Assembly: GCA_964549075.1 (NCBI GenBank)
Contig: CAZJUB010000011.1
Location: 3,548-64,893, forward strand
Source of the DNA: an uncultured archaeon
GTDB taxonomy: Archaea > Asgardarchaeota > Heimdallarchaeia > Heimdallarchaeales > Heimdallarchaeaceae
Length of the DNA stretch: 61,346 nucleotides
Reading direction: 5' to 3'
Shown: positions 58,987 through 61,346 of the stretch, in pieces
Numbering within the stretch: the stretch's first letter is position 1
How the letters are laid out: each line of letters begins with the position of its first letter
The notes under the pieces: generated by a model
What the model was told of the DNA's origin: nothing
The model's input: only the letters and a program-made list of their open reading frames with translations
Database searches by the model: none
Program-made: the position numbers and the translations under genes

Positions 58987-59751
58987 CTAGTCGTCTTTAG
59001 CAGATTTAACACGTTGAATAACAATTTCTCTAGTAAGTTGCTCTATTGGCTGCGCAACTTTTTGAACACTTAGGGGTCTAGCACCTCTCTTGAGTCTTCC
59101 ATATTCATCTAACTTTGATTTGATATCTGGACTTCTTAGAAGAGTCATTAATTCATTTCTTGCTTGAAGACAAGAAGTTTCAACAACTCTCATGTAAGCT
59201 TCACCTTTATTATTTGATAATTTCTTTTCAATAAGTAAATCAAGAAACTTCTCTGTAGGAACTCTCTCTTCAACAGGTAAATCAATTTTATTGAGAACTA
59301 TAAGAAATGGTAATGATTTTCCTAAAGTATCTCCTTTGAGAGAGATTAATTCTACCAAACTCTCAACATTATCTTCCCACATATTTTTACTTGGATCAAA
59401 CATAAAGATCAATCCATCAGCACCTTCAAGTACTACCTTTCTTTGAATATAGTGTCTTTTTTGCCCTGCTACGGTCCAAACTTGATAACGTAGCTTAGGA
59501 ACACTTACTCCTTGACCTTTAGGCAGTTCAAAAGTACTTTGATCATAAAAGATTGTTCTACCACTTGGGTCATCAATTTTTTTAAGCGATGAATAAATTG
59601 TTTCAGGATCTTCGACCTTTCTAAGAACATTATATACAGTTAACATTGAAGTTTTACCTGATAAGGAAGGTCCATATATTACGAGTTTTAAATATGGAAC
59701 ACCTGAACCATCAACTTTGAAGATATCCTTTATAGTTAATTTGCCTGACAT
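58987..59751 (-). CDS. MglA-like small GTPase (paralog 2)
   Basis: G1 KLVIYGPSLSGKT, RTIFYD, G3 WTVAGQ, LEGADGL, G4 NKID. Confidence 0.87.
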   Translation of the reverse strand: MSGKLTIKDIFKVDGSGVPYLKLVIYGPSLSGKTSMLTVYNVLRKVEDPETIYSSLKKIDDPSGRTIFYDQSTFELPKGQGVSVPKLRYQVWTVAGQKRHYIQRKVVLEGADGLIFMFDPSKNMWEDNVESLVELISLKGDTLGKSLPFLIVLNKIDLPVEERVPTEKFLDLLIEKKLSNNKGEAYMRVVETSCLQARNELMTLLRSPDIKSKLDEYGRLKRGARPLSVQKVAQPIEQLTREIVIQRVKSAKDD

Positions 59752-59898
59752 ATGTAATTGGCCGCCAAGAGTTTGTTTAATAAGATTTTTTTGTGAAATT
59801 ATAAAATCTTTTTCTTTGTAGTATATGTTTTTATTGTTATGAAAATCTATTAAACTTTACTATGGTCTCAGCTTAATAATATTTTCAGATAGGAATTA

Positions 59899-60570
59899 TC
59901 AAAGTGCTTGATTATGTTCGTCATAAAGGCTTTTTTCATCTCTATGTAAGGAAACAGCTAATTCAGCAACTATTCCATCTAGAAAAGCTAAAGCAGCTTG
60001 CTCGAAAGCAGTTCCTTCAGGAGCTAAAGTACTATCTAAACCCTGATCTCGTCTTTCCAGATCTGATTTTGTTCGTCCTTTCAGCTTCACAGTTACATCG
60101 CCTAATCTTCCAATCACACTATTGGGAAAACTAGTGATAACGATAACATATGGATTATATACAAGATAAGTCTCCAGCATAGCTTTTACAATTGGTGTTG
60201 TTCCAGAACCACTGATAACTGTGATTGTATCATCTTCTCTTAATCGTGGAACTGATCTAGTATTTGTTATAAAACGACACTCTACACCAAAGTGCTCTAA
60301 ACGAGTCTGAAACATTTGACCGATCATTGCACTTCTACCGCTTGCTAGAATATAGACACGCTTTTTGGTTTGAATATCTAACATTAGTCTATCTCTCACT
60401 TGCTGGACAAATTCATAATGTTCAGTCATGTGTTTGATGTTTTCATTTAAATTGCTAGCCATTAATTCCATTGATAAAATAATTACAGGTTTGTCAGCAG
60501 AATCAGCTAGATTTTTTATGCTTTCATCTTTAACAATCTTCTCTTTATCTATTTCGCTTTCCTTTGACAT
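59899..60570 (-). CDS. hxlB: SIS-domain 6-phospho-3-hexuloisomerase-like protein
   Basis: ASGRS, ISGSGTT, ITSFPNS, LAPEGTAFEQAAL..DG, terminal HN. Confidence 0.78.
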   Translation of the reverse strand: MSKESEIDKEKIVKDESIKNLADSADKPVIILSMELMASNLNENIKHMTEHYEFVQQVRDRLMLDIQTKKRVYILASGRSAMIGQMFQTRLEHFGVECRFITNTRSVPRLREDDTITVISGSGTTPIVKAMLETYLVYNPYVIVITSFPNSVIGRLGDVTVKLKGRTKSDLERRDQGLDSTLAPEGTAFEQAALAFLDGIVAELAVSLHRDEKSLYDEHNQAL

Positions 60571-60786
60571 TTTCTCACTTAGAAAGTTTAAAACGAAGTT
60601 TATAGAAAGTGCGTTTTATAAGCTCTTTCACTTCATTCAAATACATCTTATCTAATATGTTTTTAAAATTCTCGATGATAGAAATCTAGAAGGACCAATT
60701 TTAGAAAAAAGTTTATTTAAGTCGACTAAATCTCAAACAATTGGAAATTAGAAATAAAGATATAAATATAAAGTGCAGATTATGTA

Positions 60787-61346
60787 ATGTTGAGGATAGT
60801 GAAATTCTGGGACACCTTGTTAAAGAAACCAAAAATCATAGCAATCTGTATTCTTCTGTTTTGGTCTCTAGTTGTCTCAATAAATATTGGAAAGATTTTG
60901 AATGTATCTGATTATGTTGAAGAAGAAGGATCAAATCTTTCTACTTCAAGACCTTCAGAATCTTCTATCGGAACAGAGATATTGTCAACTTTCAGCGAAG
61001 TGAACAGTTCATTTCAAATTTTAATCTTTAATCCTAATGGAAGCGTTTTAACAGAGGAAATACATTCTATCATTTCTAGTTTAGTTTACAATATCTCACA
61101 TAATCCTAATATTGGTCCTTTTCTTTCTCCGAGTCAACCTTACTCATCGATATTTGATGATGCTGATAATTTACTTAGATCGATTTTAAACCTACAATGG
61201 TTTGCAACACAGATGGCATTTTCTTCAATACATTTTGTCTGGGGAGGATTAGAGCATTTTTGTAATATTTGGTATGTGCAATATAATGCTTCAAACGATA
61301 TTGAATTCTCCACTGAAATTGCCAATACTTTAACGAAAAATTATGT
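60787..61346 (+). CDS. Partial membrane protein, possibly an MMPL/RND-family N-terminus (runs off the window)
   Basis: Read manually: ATG at 60787, frame open to the end of the window, MLRIVKFWDTLLKKPKIIAICILLFWSLVV..PSES; absent from the ORF track because it has no stop. Confidence 0.6.
   Translation, partial: MLRIVKFWDTLLKKPKIIAICILLFWSLVVSINIGKILNVSDYVEEEGSNLSTSRPSESSIGTEILSTFSEVNSSFQILIFNPNGSVLTEEIHSIISSLVYNISHNPNIGPFLSPSQPYSSIFDDADNLLRSILNLQWFATQMAFSSIHFVWGGLEHFCNIWYVQYNASNDIEFSTEIANTLTKNY

Noticed and set aside
44278-60570. Integrated plasmid or prophage
   Set aside because: No integrase, transposase, capsid, att repeats or flanking tRNA seen; composition looks uniform by eye
61140-61325. 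61-aa minus-strand ORF
   Set aside because: Antisense to the open plus-strand frame starting at 60787

Overview
AT-rich, gene-dense archaeal chromosomal segment. It has TATA-like promoters, GGTG(A) Shine-Dalgarno motifs, oligo-T terminators, a type II MetAP, DUF61, a TIGR00288-type NYN protein and archaetidylserine synthase/decarboxylase. The gene content (two MglA-like small GTPases, a ParM/StbA-type actin, an 11-PAS protein, a class I GAPDH, DnaK/DnaJ, several C-terminally anchored surface proteins) suggests an Asgard archaeon, probably Heimdallarchaeia; this is an inference. I saw no rRNA, tRNA, CRISPR array or transposase. Ordinary content: three ABC systems, rocD, gap, map, pepQ, dnaK-dnaJ, psd-pssA, hxlB. 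Most interesting: (1) a tightly coupled operon of a STAND-like NTPase with SNAP/TPR-like repeats, a 484-aa helical protein, and a TrmB split by about 1,050 aa of helical rod (21.9-28.9 kb); (2) a degenerate AAA+/winged-helix protein preceded by seven TTCGAA-like palindromes at 8-9 bp period; (3) a ParM-like actin with a 48-bp palindrome upstream, next to an orphan gene and an MglA-like GTPase with Q-to-E at the catalytic site; (4) a second MglA paralog co-oriented with a PD-(D/E)xK nuclease, a coiled-coil-wHTH protein and a degenerate NYN; (5) a subtilase with site-1 protease (MBTPS1)-like architecture. All family calls come from motif recognition by eye, not database searches.
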